Positions 1 to 12,438 of a DNA stretch of 64,000 nucleotides are shown piece by piece; within the stretch, counting starts at the first letter, position 1; each line of letters opens with the position of its first letter. The notes beneath the pieces were generated by a model. That model saw only the letters and a list, made by a program, of their open reading frames with translations, had not been told where the DNA came from and did not search any database. The position numbers were made by a program, and so were the translations under genes. Source of the DNA: Vicugna vicugna (lineage: Eukaryota); contig MU057984.1 in the NCBI GenBank assembly GCA_013265495.1, positions 62,001 through 126,000 on the forward strand, given 5' to 3'.

Positions 1-339
1 TCCTGCTATTTATCAGTCATGTAAATATATTTTTATTATAAAATTAACAATCAGTGTGGAAAATTCAGAAAATCCAGAAGAGCACAAAGAAGAAAATAAA
101 TTTTAGTTCTATACTGTAACAATAACTCCAATTATTTTGGTGTATTTACTACAAATATTTTATATCTTTTTGGGGGGGGTTTGTTATATTATCATGAACA
201 TCTTTTCATATCCTTAAACATTCTGTAAAAGGACTTTTAATGCTTGTATACTGTTTTACTGTATTCAGGTAATACATTATTGATTTAACTACATTGCTAT
301 AGTTAGGAATCTGTTTTTTAACATTTTTTAATATTGTAA

Positions 340-880
340 TGTGGTGCATGGGCTGGAATATAATCCTCTAATTCACAGTAGATATGTGCTTTATATATTT
401 CTCTTTTTAATCATCTAATATCCCTGTCTTGGCTCACCAACACTTTCTATCACACTATCTTGGAAACAATAATTAGTCAAGGGGTGTTTTCATGACCTAA
501 GTATAGGTCAATCCGAGAATTTTCTGGTTTGATAGAGACATGCTAGGAGAATAGGAGGAGAAATGCTCTTTTATCTCTGGAGTTGCTAAAGCAGACAGGG
601 TGGAAATCTGTACCTGCTGGGGGCTGTATTTTCTTCTTTGAGAGGAAACCTATCTGAAGAATGAAGTCAAGTGAAACAAGCAGAGAGGAATGATAAATGA
701 AGTCCAGGAAAAGTCCTGCATGTGCTGGTCCTGACTGCTTGACCTTGGGCCATGGGTATTGCAACTCTGAACTCCCTTAGTATTCTTTGTGGCTTTAGAA
801 GCAGCCACACTTCCACTTTCTGTTTGCATTATTTTGAGTCGTGTAACCATCAGTTGCCACTGAAAAAAAAACTTTTACTG
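340..880 (+). mobile_element. Old MaLR LTR (MLT1J/K-like), lying inside a decayed minus-strand L1ME 3' fragment (~30-340, ~1070-1250)
   Basis: MLT1-type blocks (catgacctaagtataggtcaatc; ggagttgctaaag...acctgctggggg; gaatgaagtcaa...aagcagagagg) and a 3' end cagttgccactgaaa. Confidence 0.6.
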
Positions 881-910
881 TAGCATCTATAATTTCCTTT
901 TGAGGACTGC

Positions 911-1066
911 TTTTTTTTTAATTGAAATATAGTCAGTTTACAATGCTGCATCAATTTCTGGTGTTCAGCATAATGTTTCAGTCATACCTATACATACATA
1001 TATTCCTTCTCATATTCTTTTTCATTATGGGTTACTACAAGATATTGAATGTAGTTCCCTGTGCTA
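911..1066 (-). mobile_element. L1 3' end, cetartiodactyl/camelid type, 5' truncated
   Basis: poly-T followed by attgaaatatagtcagtttacaatg...gtagttccctgtgcta, the reverse complement of an L1 3' UTR. Confidence 0.85.
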
Positions 1067-1254
1067 CTTCTTAAAGTAGATATTATGGCTCAAAGAATAA
1101 TATTTCAAAGCTATTGGTACATATTGCAAAATTGAATTCCAGAGAATTAACATCAATTTGTACTCCATTAGTAATAAACGTACACCAATGACAGATTTCT
1201 GAAAAATCCCCAAATGATGATATGCCTGTGAGCATGAGGTTGATAATTCTCAAT

Positions 1255-1400
1255 CTTCATTTTATGTATTCCACCAATATTGATAGAACAGCTCCTACAG
1301 TGTACCAGGAATTTTCCATGAATTAGAGTACAAAGACGAAGAACACACAGGCCTAACTTAAAGGAGTTCACATCTGGCTGGGGAAGGAGAAGGCTTTCCA
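1255..1400 (-). mobile_element. L2 3' fragment
   Basis: ttcat...ccaatattgatagaacagctcctacagtgtaccagg...aaggagttcacatctgg resembles the reverse complement of the L2 tail. Confidence 0.5.
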
Positions 1401-1750
1401 TCCAAATATATCATGATGTGATCAGTGATAAAACAATAACAAGCTTGGAAAACGAGCAAATGGGAGGTGATCAGCACGTGGACTGGCTTTGCAGGACTGA
1501 CAGAAGCTATACAATTTTAAGGTTTCTCCATAAGAGGGAATGAGAAGTGTGGAGCAGGCACCTCCATAGAAAAATCTGAGAAAGCTGCAGAAAGGTATTT
1601 CTCTTCTGAAGTCACTCAGTAAAAACTGCAAGAGGTGACTGTTTCTTCAAATGAGAAGTCAGTACTGTAAGACTTCAAGAAACATGAAAAAATATGATAC
1701 TACCAAAGGAACACAATTTTCCAGTAACTGACCCCCAAAGAAATGGAGAT

Positions 1751-1968
1751 GATTATACTGCATAGTACAGGGAAATATAAACAAGATCTTGTGGCAGCTC
1801 ACAGTGAGAAAAAAAAAATGTGACAATGAATATATGTATGTTCATATATAACTGAAAAATTGTGCTCTACACTAGAATTTGACACAACATTGTAAAATGA
1901 CTTACTCAACAAAAAAAAAAGTTAAAAAAATTTGAAAAATAAAAATAAAAATAATCAATTCAAAAAAA
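1751..1968 (+). mobile_element. Young camelid-type L1 3' end nested in the older L1
   Basis: Perfect 14-bp TSD aaagaaatggagat (1737-1750 and 1969-1982), L1 3' UTR, A-tail. Confidence 0.92.
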
Positions 1969-2021
1969 AAAGAAATGGAGATCTTCAATTTGCCTGATAA
2001 AAAATTCAAAATACTTGTTTT

Positions 2022-2095
2022 AGAATAATGAACCATTACATTGTACACCTGAAACTAATATAATGTTGTATACCAATTATGCCTCAATAAAAAAT
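2022..2095 (+). mobile_element. Tiny L1 3' end nested in the older L1
   Basis: tgtacacctgaaactaatataatgttgtatacc...aataaaaaa; degenerate TSD aaaatacttgtttt (2008-2021) / aagatatttgtttt (2096-2109). Confidence 0.8.
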
Positions 2096-5000
2096 AAGAT
2101 ATTTGTTTTCATAAAGCTCAGTGAGCTACAAAAAATAGTCAATTCAGTGTTATCAGGAAAGCAATGCATGGACAAAATGAGAAGTTTAACATAAAGATAG
2201 AAATAATAACAAAGAATGAAACAAACGCTGGAGCTGAAGAGTACAATGAAGAAATGAAAAATGCATAAGGAGTATCAATGTCAGAGTGGATCTAACGGAA
2301 GAAAAAGATATGTGAAGTAGAATGCAAATCATCTGAAATGAGCTAGTCAGAGAAGAACAAAGGAAAAAAAGAGTGAAAAAGAGTGAAGAAAGCCTACATG
2401 AACTATGGGAGATTACTAAGAGAAACAATCTAAGAATGTCACTGAGAAATAATCTACATATTATTGGAGTCTCAGAAGGAGAAGAAAGGAAAAAAGCAGC
2501 ACAAAGGTTATTTAAAGAAATAATGGCTGAGAACTTCTCAAATCTGGGGAGAGAGCTTAACATCCAAGTTCATGAAATTCATAGATTGCCCCAAAATTTC
2601 AACACAAGATACTCTCTAAGGCACATTATTAAAAAACTGTCTAAAATCAAAGACAAAGATAATTTCAAAAGTAGCAAGAGAAAAAAATTTCCTTACACAC
2701 AAGGCAACCCCCGTAAGTCTATCAGCATGTTTCTCAGCAGAAGCTTTGCAGGCCAGGAGAGAACAGAGTGACATCGTCAAAGTGCTGAAAGAAAAAAAAT
2801 GTCAGCCAGAACATTTTACCAGGCAGAGCTGCCCTTCAGAAATGCAGGAGAGACAAAGATAACCCCAAATAAACAAAAGCTGAGGGTGTTCATAACCACT
2901 ATGCCTGACTTACAAGAAATGCTAAATGGAATTATCTCTGTTTGCAGATAATATGATCTTATATATAGAAAATCCTAAAGACTCCATCAAAGAACTGCTA
3001 GAAGTGATAAAAAAAAATTAAGTTTCAGGATACAAAATCAACATAAAAATCAGTTGCATTTCTATACACTAACAATGAAATATCTGAAAGAAATAAAGAA
3101 AACAATCCCAATTACAACAGCATCAAAAACAATGAAATATTTAGGCATAAATTTAACCAAGGAGGTAAAAAAACTGTACACTGAAAATTATTGCATGTTT
3201 ATGAAAGAAATTTGAAAGACACAGATAAATTGAAAGATACCCCTGTTCATGTATCAGAAGAATTAATATTGTTCAAATGCCCGTACTAATCAAAGCCATC
3301 TATAGACTTAATTTAAGCTCCCTATCAAAATTACAGACATTTTTCACAGAAATAGAAATAAAACAATTCCAAAATTTGCATGAAACCACAGAAGTCCCAA
3401 AATAGCCAAGGCAATCTTAAGAACAAAGCTGAAAACACTGTACTTTCTGATTTCAAAATGTACTACAGAATGACAGTAACCAAAACAGTATGGTACTGGC
3501 CAAAAACAAACACATAGCTCCATGGACCAGAATTGTGAGCCCAGGAATAAATCCATGCGTATGTGGTCAACTAATATTTGACAAGGCAACTGAAAATATT
3601 CAATGGGGAAAGGATAGTTTCTTTGATAAATGGTGTTTGGAAAGCTGGATATTCACACACTAAAGAATGAAAGTGTACCCCTATCTTATGCCATTGAAAA
3701 CAATTAACTTGAAATGGAATAAAGACTTAAAATGTAAGACCTAAAACCATAAAATTCCTGGAAGTTAACAAAGGGAAAAACATCACTGACATTGGCCTTG
3801 GCAATGACTTTTTGGATGTAATACCAAAAGCACAAGCAACAAAAGCAAAAACAAACAAGTGGAACTACATCAAATTAAAAAGCAAAAGAAACAATGAACA
3901 GAATGAAAAGGCAACCTACAGAATGGAAGAAAGTAAATGCAAACCACATATTGGATAAGTGGTTAATATCTAAAATACATAAGGAACTCATATAACTCAA
4001 TAGCAAAAAACCAAATAATCTCACTGAAAAATGGACAGAGGACCTGAATAGACATTCTTTTAAAGAAGATATAGAGATGGCCAACAGGTACATAAAAAGA
4101 TGCTCAAAATCACTAATCATCAGGAACAATTAAAATCACAATGAGGTATCACTTCATACTTGATAGAATGACTATTACAAAAAAGACAAGAGATAACATG
4201 TTGGCAAGAATAAGGAAAAAAGGGAACCCTTGTGCACTGTTGGTAGGAATGCAAATTGGCACAGCCACTGTGGAAAACAGTATGGAGGTTCTTCAAAAAA
4301 TTAAAAGTACAACTACCATTTGATCCAACAATCTCACTTCTGGGCATATATCCAAAAAAAAAAAATCAGTACCTGAAGAGATGTTTGCACTCCCATGATT
4401 ACTGCAGCATTATTCACAATAACCCAGATATGAAAACAACCTAAATGTCCACTAAATACCCATTGATGGATGAATAGATAATGAAAATATGATTAATATG
4501 TAATATATATATTTATAATGGAATATTACTCAATCATAAAAAGAAGGAAATCCTTCCATTTGCAACAACATGGATGGATATTGAGAAAAGGAACAAGATT
4601 GTCTGCTGGGGGTTTAAAAAAGAAATTTTCTGGGAAGTTTTCCCCAGCTGAAAGTTTCTTTACTGATTTTACTGACCTGGTTATTTCTTTTGATCTTTAT
4701 TTACTCCTATATTATATACCTCACCATTACATTTTATTTAAGTCTTCCTGTGAGTAGTAGGCCTCACTCTTGAATTTCATTGCTCTCTAATACCTTTCTT
4801 TAATTTTGCTGAAGTTTATTGAATTTCCAAATGAATCCCCTTTGTAATATCTCTATATCTGCATCTAGTCACATATAGACATTTTTCAAAATGGCAGCAG
4901 GAAGTATCCTTTACATATAATATTACCCTTCAACAATTCTGTGATGCTAAATATTTCATCAGCCTCAATAAATAGTGTATAATTTAAAAAAGTTAAAAAA

Positions 5001-6454
5001 ATGTCACCAGTAAAGTAGAAAGACTGACCTCTATCAACCAAGCTTCTTGGGCAAGGATCCAAAATTTCTAGGGACATTCTATATAATAAAACAATATTAG
5101 CTTAATGAAAGATATCTGCCCAAGAAAAGGAAATTTTATTTAGCATCTGGTTAACCGCTAGTCCATTAATTGTATCAATTATGTGTATGAGAACAAAGAA
5201 CTTGGCAGGAGAGGCGTTGAGTTAGGGAGGCACCCTGGGTATGTGGAGGGGTCACCTTCCAATAAGGCTGTCACTCCATCCTTCCTCTTGTCTGTCTACA
5301 CTCAAGAGAAAGATAGGAGAGGAAAGCAGGGAAGGGACTGATACAGGACATTCACTACAGCTTGGAAGGGGTAGGGTCTGTGAAACATCCAGCAGAAAAA
5401 ACACAAGCTGAGAGACAGAATGGATTATTTCTCCCTCACGTTTCTACTCAAGAGATTTTCAGACCAGAAACTATTCAAGCCAACTTGATTGCATTATTTT
5501 TACCAAATGAATAAAAAATGTTGTCAACTGGTTTTTATACAGTTTTCAAAGATGGAGCTTCAAAGTTCCCCCAAATGCAAACATTCCAAACATAAAACAC
5601 TTTTAGCCTTAAGGGTAATGGATGGCGAAGTAAGCCAGCTTCCACAGTCAGAGACGAGGACTACCATGAATAACTGATAAAGCTGAATGTCACAACTTCT
5701 CCTGATGGCATATGAAGGGCCACCTGGCCTTGGGAACAGTCTGTCTACCCCAAGAGCTCATACCAAGAGGATACATTGTCTTTCGAGATTTTAACCAAAC
5801 AATAACAAAACTAACTAAAAGTCTATTATGTAAGCTGTTCGTTAGGTAGGATGGGCAATTCTAAACATCTGGAAGAAAATATTCCTAAGTGAAGAAATCT
5901 TTCGTTGGTTGGCCTAAGTTCTGTGGTCACTGTCGAATTTTACTACTATAGATAAAAGCTTTAAATGAATACACTTTATTTTTACCCCCTTATAAACATT
6001 GATAATGAACTGGGAAAATCCCCATTACAGTCAGCCCTCAACGGACGGGGACTCAACTACACATGTTCTTCGAGAGAGTTCCTTAGGTTTCGAGCCCTGC
6101 AAGCTTGCTGGAGTAGGAGCCCATGTCACTCATCCCTATGGCACCGCATTTCCTTGTGTTTAAACAAGAGATTAAAAGTGAACAATGCTGGCACAGTGAG
6201 TAACCAAGCAAAGAAACCTGGGTCATCTCAATTCTGTCATTTTAAGTGACCAGTTGCAACTTTCATGTGCATTTAAAATTTTAAACAGTGAGGAACAGTG
6301 TGAACTGCACAGTATAATAATTTTCTTTTGTTAAGTGAAAACTTTGGTTTGCACATGAGCTATTTTTATGAATTTGAATCTTTATAATTGAAATTTAGTC
6401 TTCTTTTAACATAGTTAATTTTTTAAAGCTAAAGAATAAAAAAATCAATTCCTT

Positions 6455-6672
6455 ATATTCAATATCTTGTAATAACCCATAATTGAAAACAATCTGAAAA
6501 GAAAATACATCTATTTTTATTATCTATATATATATATAACTGAATCACTTTGCTGTATTCCTGAAACTTACACAACATTGTAAATCGACAATATTTCAAT
6601 TTTAAACAAGCACAAAGAGAAGAAAAAGAAATAAATTCTTTAAAAAAATGAAGTAGATTTTGATACAGAAAA
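6455..6672 (+). mobile_element. L1 3' end with extended tail
   Basis: tatattcaatatcttgtaataacc...ctgaatcactttgctgtattcctgaaac; flanks aaaaaatcaattcct / aaaaaatcagttccc. Confidence 0.85.
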
Positions 6673-7419
6673 AAAAAATCAGTTCCCTAACTGGATAGAT
6701 ATTAAGTTTACTAACAGGATTTTTTTTTTAACTAATAGGATTTGATATACAAAAATTTCAATAAAAATATCATTCTCTGTTTTTCTATTATATATTTTTA
6801 TCTTATGATGATTAATGACAATCTTTTTCTATATGGATCAATAGGGTGTTAAAAATGACTTTCTACCCAAGTGTAACATATATTTGGCATGCCACCATCT
6901 CATTTCATATCATACCTGCTTTGCTCCTCTTTGCCTCTGTGGATTTTAAATATTTCTTCCACTTTCACTTCCGCCAGTCATGTCTGCCATCTTGTCTAAA
7001 CTCTGATGAAATCCAATACTTTATAAAATACTGACACTTCCCTGATTAATACCCCTTGTCTATGATAGCTTTCTTTCCTTTTAATTCAGAGAATTTATAT
7101 TCCAAGTCTTGTAGTCAGAATTTGATAAATACAAATACTCTGATGTTACAAACGAGGGAATGAAACAATTCCTGGGCGTACTTATTCTTCCAAGTAAATA
7201 TTTACCCAGTTGTACTTTTAACATTCCTCTTCCATGACCTCATTATGCACTCCCACCCTAAGGCAGAAGAAAGATGTACTGCACCTTGCTGTGTATTATC
7301 TCTGCTGCTTAACATCGAGGTGACGGCACAGTGTGTTCCTTGCCTCACTCAGATCCCTAAATGACAGTTTATCAGTTTACCTTTACCACTGATAAAAATA
7401 ACTCCCATCTCTTTTACTC

Positions 7420-7550
7420 TGTCCTTTTTCTCTACTTTACTGTATACTATTTGTTCACTCATTTATTGTATTTGCCCAATATTCTGTGAGCTCCAAAGCA
7501 TGAACACTGCCTGGCGTTAGAGGGCACTCAGCATCTCTGTTGAACAAGTG
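7420..7550 (+). mobile_element. L2 3' end
   Basis: tgtgagctcc...tgcctggcgttagagggcactcagcatctctgttgaac matches the L2 tail. Confidence 0.55.
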
Positions 7551-7701
7551 CTCTGATCTACAGGAGAGTTTAGAAAGGAAGAAGACATGTAAAACTCATT
7601 GTAGGAGACCCACCTTCTCGCCATTTTTTAGTCTGATGGGTGGGAAACTGGAATAAATCTTTTTAATTAGGTGATACAAAGGTAGAGAGAGTACAGGCCT
7701 C

Positions 7702-8133
7702 TATATTCGTTTGCTTCTGTACCATAAACTGAGTAGCTTGAACAACAGAAATGTCCTGTCTCAGTTCTGGAGGCTAGGGGGTCTCAGATCAAGGTATCCG
7801 CAGGGCTGGTTCCTTCCGCGGGCTGTGAGGGAGACTCTGTCTCAGATCCCTCCCCAGGCTGCAGGTGGCTTGTTGGCAATCAGGCATTTCTTGGATGGTA
7901 AGAAGCACCACCCTGATCGCTCTGCTTTCATCTTCCCGGGGCATACTCCCTATATGCATGTCTGCCTCCAAAACTCCCTTTTTATTAGGACACCAGTCAT
8001 ATTTTATTAGAGCCCATCATGATGACTTCATCTTAACTAATTATATCTGCAAAGAGCCTATTTCCAAATAAGATCACTGAGGGTTAGGTCTTCAACCTAT
8101 AAATCTTGCAGAAACATGGTTCAAAGTATGACA
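7702..8133 (-). mobile_element. MaLR solo LTR (MLT1C-like)
   Basis: aacaacagaaatg...cagttctggaggctagg...ttaggacaccagtcatat...ctatttccaaataag; 5-bp TSD gcctc/gtctc. Confidence 0.88.
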
Positions 8134-9488
8134 GTCTCCTTGGTAAATCTAAGGGAGATGGAAAGTCCCCTGAAGAATCATGGAGACACAGCACAAGATT
8201 AGAAATGGTGGGGTAGCATATTACAGGCGTAAGGGGCAATGGTCCTCTGTCCCTCTTATGGGTCCCATGGTTTCAGACAAACAACAGAGAACATTCAAGA
8301 ACTCAAATGAGAACCCAAGAAGACCTGGATATTAGTTTACAGAGAAATTGCAGGCAGACCTGTAAATGTCTTCAAGCTAGTTGAAGGGAATGCTGTGACC
8401 AAGGGTGCATTTTGCACTGGTGTTGGGATTCAGCAAGTTTGTGAGTTTCTGCTGAAGGCAGGGTGAGAGGAGATAGATCCCAAGACCATAATGCATGGGT
8501 TACAGCACGTTAGATGCTAGCATGGGACCGACATAGAGCAAGATGGGGAAATAAACACTGTCTCCCCGCCAAGGACACAGTGGCATTTGTGTAAGCCAGA
8601 AGGATTTAACATCAATCCCCAAGAAAAAAAGAGTATAAATCCTGAAAATTTCTGAGTCAAAGCTTAAATGACCGCGAAAATCACCAAAGTAACTAGGTTT
8701 ACCTGGAAGTGATGATAAGATATTATTAAATAATAATAATAATATTGCATTAGAGAGAACAAGGAGCTGGTATAGAGTATGTTGTGATAGAAATTAAGTT
8801 AATTTCTGGAAAGAAAGAAAAGTTACATTTTGTCACATAAGGCCTAAATCTGTAGTCTATTAAATCTGCACCCACTAAGTTTTCTTTAACCAGTGAGACT
8901 CTAAATGGGAGAATACTGGATGGATGCCTTGCTATGTTCTGATGTACCATTATGAATACCTACAGAGTACTATATTAAAATTGACATTTTACATATTTTA
9001 CTAGCTGGAAAAATATATATTATGGGTAAAATCCTATTTTTTGGGGGGTCAACCTGATGAATGGTTTTTGCTAATCTTTATTAAACATCAAATAATAAAT
9101 AGATCACCTGAAATAATAGAAAAATAGGACTTGTCCTTTTTTTTTTTTGCAATAAAACCACCTTCAAATGGTTACTTATGACCACTTGCTCACTCTCTAA
9201 GGCAGATCAGGCTGCGCCAGGAGGCCTGACTGCAGCCATCCCACCTTCAGGTCCTTAGCCTTTCTCATACTGAGCCGATTCAGGACAGTGTCAGTTCAAC
9301 CTGCCTTTCCCTCGATGCCCTTCCAAGTTATATACAGCTATTGTAACTCTCTCCTGTTTCCTGGTAATTTTTTTCCCTTTTAGTGGAGTGAAAAGTAGGT
9401 TTTCTTCAGGTAAAAAATTGTGGAGGCCCCAGTTTTATATGTTTGATGACTCTCAAAATAACATTTAAAAATCAACAAACCAAAAAGG

Positions 9489-9782
9489 AAACAAACTATG
9501 GTTACCAAGGGGGAAAGGATAGGGGAAGGATAAATTAGGAGTTTGGGATTAACAGATACACATTATTATATTTAGAATAGATAAACAACAAGGACCTATT
9601 GTATAGCACAGGGAACTATATTTGACTTCTTGTAATAACCTATAATGGAAAAGAACCTGAAAAGAAAATACTTCTGTATGTATGTATATGTATAACTGAA
9701 TTGCTTTGCTGTACACCTTAAACTAATATTGTAAATCAACTACACTTCAATAAAAAATAAAATTAAAAATGAAAAAAAGAAA
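9489..9782 (+). mobile_element. L1 3' UTR end (cetartiodactyl type)
   Basis: atggttaccaagggg...ggataaattaggagtttgggattaacagatacac...aataaa plus A-tail. Confidence 0.9.
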
Positions 9783-9985
9783 TGGGTAGTCTGTGGCAAT
9801 ATTTCCATGGATATATGAATAAGCAAAGATAATTTATAAAGAAAAATGAATACTAGTCTAATCAATAATTACTGTTATCATTCATACTGCCCTGTCACAT
9901 AATTCTCAATTTAAGTGTTTATGGACATACCCAGATAAATTTTAAACTCTTCTAAGAAACAGGAGGTGCTTATCATGTGTTAAAA

Positions 9986-10113
9986 AAATTTGGGGGGGTA
10001 GTGGTGGTAATCAGGTTTATTTATTTATTTTTAATGGAGGTACTAGGTATTGAGTCCAGGACGTTGTGCATGTTAGGAAGGCACTCTACCACTGAACTAT
10101 ATAACTCCCCATC
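9986..10113 (-). mobile_element. tRNA-derived camelid SINE (Vic-1-like)
   Basis: Minus strand reads ggggagttatatagttcagtggtagagtg (A box)...gtcctggactcaatacctagtacctccattaaaaataaataaataaacc (B box, then tail); 13-bp TSD tcatgtgttaaaa (9973-9985 and 10114-10126). Confidence 0.9.
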
Positions 10114-10164
10114 TCATGTGTTAAAATTTTATCTAGGACACCCAACAAAGACTTATACTGGGGC

Positions 10165-10445
10165 TTTCATATATATTTGTATTGTATGTAAATACATGTA
10201 TATACACTAAATATATCACTATATGCATATATCTCATATATGCATCTTCAATATTTTTATATTTGTGATTCTTGTGTGCACATATATACATATATACTAA
10301 ATCTATCACATGTATTTACGAGATATTTACTCTATATCATGCATACATACTAAATGTATCACATAAATATGTCTTAAATACCTTATATCTATGCATACCT
10401 TTATAGCTTCTATTATAAGATATGTATATATCTCACATATACCTT
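10165..10445. repeat. Degenerate (TA/CA)-rich low-complexity tract
   Basis: Repeated tatatac/atatgcat/ctaaat-tatcac units. Confidence 0.7.
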
Positions 10446-10639
10446 ACAATTAATGTTTTCATACTTGGTGTGATTCTTATTTTAACAGACATCCATCCCC
10501 ACTGGAAAAGAAAGCCAAAGAAAAAGATTTAGAGTCTTTAAAAGACCCATGTTAGACTTTTAAATGTTAATAATGCTGAGAATTCCTAAGCTGTGTGCTA
10601 ACCAAACACATGATTCGAAGTGCTAATATTCAAATGTGA

Positions 10640-11500
10640 AAAGCACTGGGCGGGAACAGCAGAGCGGACCGCTCCTTGCAGGAGAGCCCTCCTTCCCGGG
10701 ACACAGGGTGAAATAAGCACACCAGTGCAGAAGGTGACGTGATGTGATTGTGAATATTCTCCCTGGAGCGGGATACAGATTCCTCCTTTCACTTAGTCTG
10801 ACGCCTACACAGGGCTCATTTCACCAGAACTCAGAATTGCTCCCTATCCCCTCACAGGGCGGCGGACGCAGGCTCCGCAGCGGGTTTCGGCGGCGCTCGC
10901 GGGTCTCGACAGGCGTGTTCGCGGGGCCGTGGAGGTGACGGGGCCGAGCCCGCAGGCTCCCGCGTCAGTTTCGCGGGCAGGTCCCCGTCCCTCGGGCGCT
11001 TGTTGGACCTGCCCAGTTAAGTGGGCATGAGGAATAAAATCTGCTGTCCGGGGAGAGGCGGCCGCATGGCCCATTCTCGGCCTTTGTCAGGTGGGACTGT
11101 GTTTCAATGCAGTGCAAGTGATTCCAGAGGGAGAGGCGGCGCTGTGGCAACTTGTTTGGGTCTAAGATGCGGCTTCAAGACGGGCTGTCAAGGCTCGAGC
11201 CTGGACGGGCCCCTCGAGTCTCTGGCCGTGGCCTGTGCAGAAGCTGCCGTGGCCGCCGCCTGTGCCTTTGCACAATCTCAGCTGTGGTTGTCAGCTTGTC
11301 ATCATCAGCTCTAACTACTCCTTTTCTAGATTATTCTCGAATCAGACCACACGCAGTGCCAATCTGCTTCCTACTGCACGTCCTCCACCGGCCGCTGGGG
11401 GACCCCAACCCCCAGGGATGCACGCCGCGCGGAACACACTCAGAGCACCGCGCCCACGTTCCACGCTCGGGAACCGGGGTCTCCTCGTCCCCTTCGCTTC
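10640..11500. promoter_or_regulatory. CpG island / probable promoter
   Basis: Dense unmutated CpGs (densest 10860-11000 and 11380-11500) in an AT-rich window; GC box gggcggg 10648-10654, TGACGTGA 10735-10742, E2F-like TTTCGCGG 10969-10976. Confidence 0.75.
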
Positions 11501-11543
11501 CCTCCTTCCTTCTCACTTCCACGGGCTCCTTCTCTGCAAACAG

Positions 11544-11635
11544 GGTCTACTTAAGGCTAAGGCTGCCTCCCATAGCACACATTCCGGCCCCTTCAGTATC
11601 GACAGTGAATGATCTGGGCCTTAATTTCCCCTTTG
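11544..11635 (+). other. Candidate 92-nt internal exon just downstream of the CpG island
   Basis: Long pyrimidine tract 11480-11535 ending ctctgcaaacag|G; donor TTG|gtaagg. Confidence 0.4.
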
Positions 11636-11760
11636 GTAAGGGGTAGGACCGGTATAGGCAGCCATGCAGGACAGTAGACCAAATCCTTCCTCGTTCCGCA
11701 TTTTCCTAAATGTATTACTAAATGCATGTTGCTACTCACATCATTTTGTTTGTATACAAC

Positions 11761-11802
11761 AGAGAGAGAGAGAGAGAGGGAGAGAGGGAGGGAAGGAGAG
11801 AG
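11761..11802. repeat. (GA)n / purine-rich microsatellite
   Basis: agagagagagagagagagggagagagggagggaaggagagag. Confidence 0.9.
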
Positions 11803-12322
11803 AAAATATCAAGATGTTGTTATCCACTATTAACTATGGATGAGAAAGGATTAAGGTGGAAAGAATCTCACTGCGGGAAAATGGCAAAGGAAAAAAAAAT
11901 CAAATGAAGAAGCCTAATATTGTTGTTATTCAACACAGACAACAAACAAAACACAGTTTAAGCCTTTCTTCAAAGGAATTGTAGAGGCAATTTGATGGAT
12001 TTTCACAATTCAATTAGCTTTTTTCTTTAAGACTCAAAAGTACATTTTTAAACAAAAGAACTCATGGATAGCAAAATCTTTCCAGCATAGACAAGAGAGA
12101 AAAGGGTCTCAATCATTTCATAGTAATGGGTTCTTTCCTATGAAATCCTTGATTTCTGTCCCATTTTTGCTACCTTCTGCCTAGTATCCTCTATTCTCTC
12201 CTAATATTATAAACTTTACACCCAAGCCATCTAAACAGGCATACTTCCCAATATCATTTTGAAACTTTATCGGTCACGCTAAATGAATTTTAGCCTACAG
12301 TGTGGAATACATGTTCTCATAC

Positions 12323-12438
12323 CTCAGAAATGCATTTGTTCGGTTTTAGGTGTTGCAAAGAATAAATGACTTTGCTTCTTGATGCAACATAACAGTTCCA
12401 TGCCTCATTGTGCTCTCTATGCTGATTGAACTTGTCTG
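12323..12438 (-). other. Candidate exon of a minus-strand (probably non-coding) transcript
   Basis: Acceptor acctctctcttag|cag (NAGNAG); donor GAG|gtatga. Confidence 0.35.

Larger units (their letters stand above)
1620..4580 (+). mobile_element. L1 with decayed ORF1 joined directly to mid-ORF2 (internal deletion), running to the start of the 3' UTR
   Basis: ORF 2373-2771 is ORF1p-like (NLHIIGVSEGEE, FKEIMAENFSNL). At ~2930 the ORF1 end runs into the RT motif LSLFADNMILYIENPKDS. ORF2 C-terminal motif [10 protein letters not shown] at 4256-4444. Confidence 0.93.

Noticed and set aside
8140..8720. Possible very old LTR flanking the MLT1C
   Set aside because: Texture is LTR-like, but I could not define termini or family, so it is not annotated.
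10030..10110. tRNA gene
   Set aside because: A/B boxes are degenerate, and an A-rich tail plus TSD mark it as a SINE.
10744..11646. Cluster of ORFs up to 164 aa in the CpG island
   Set aside because: Expected from high GC content; mostly non-ATG starts; no recognisable domain. The LRLPP resemblance to dUTPase is too short to count.
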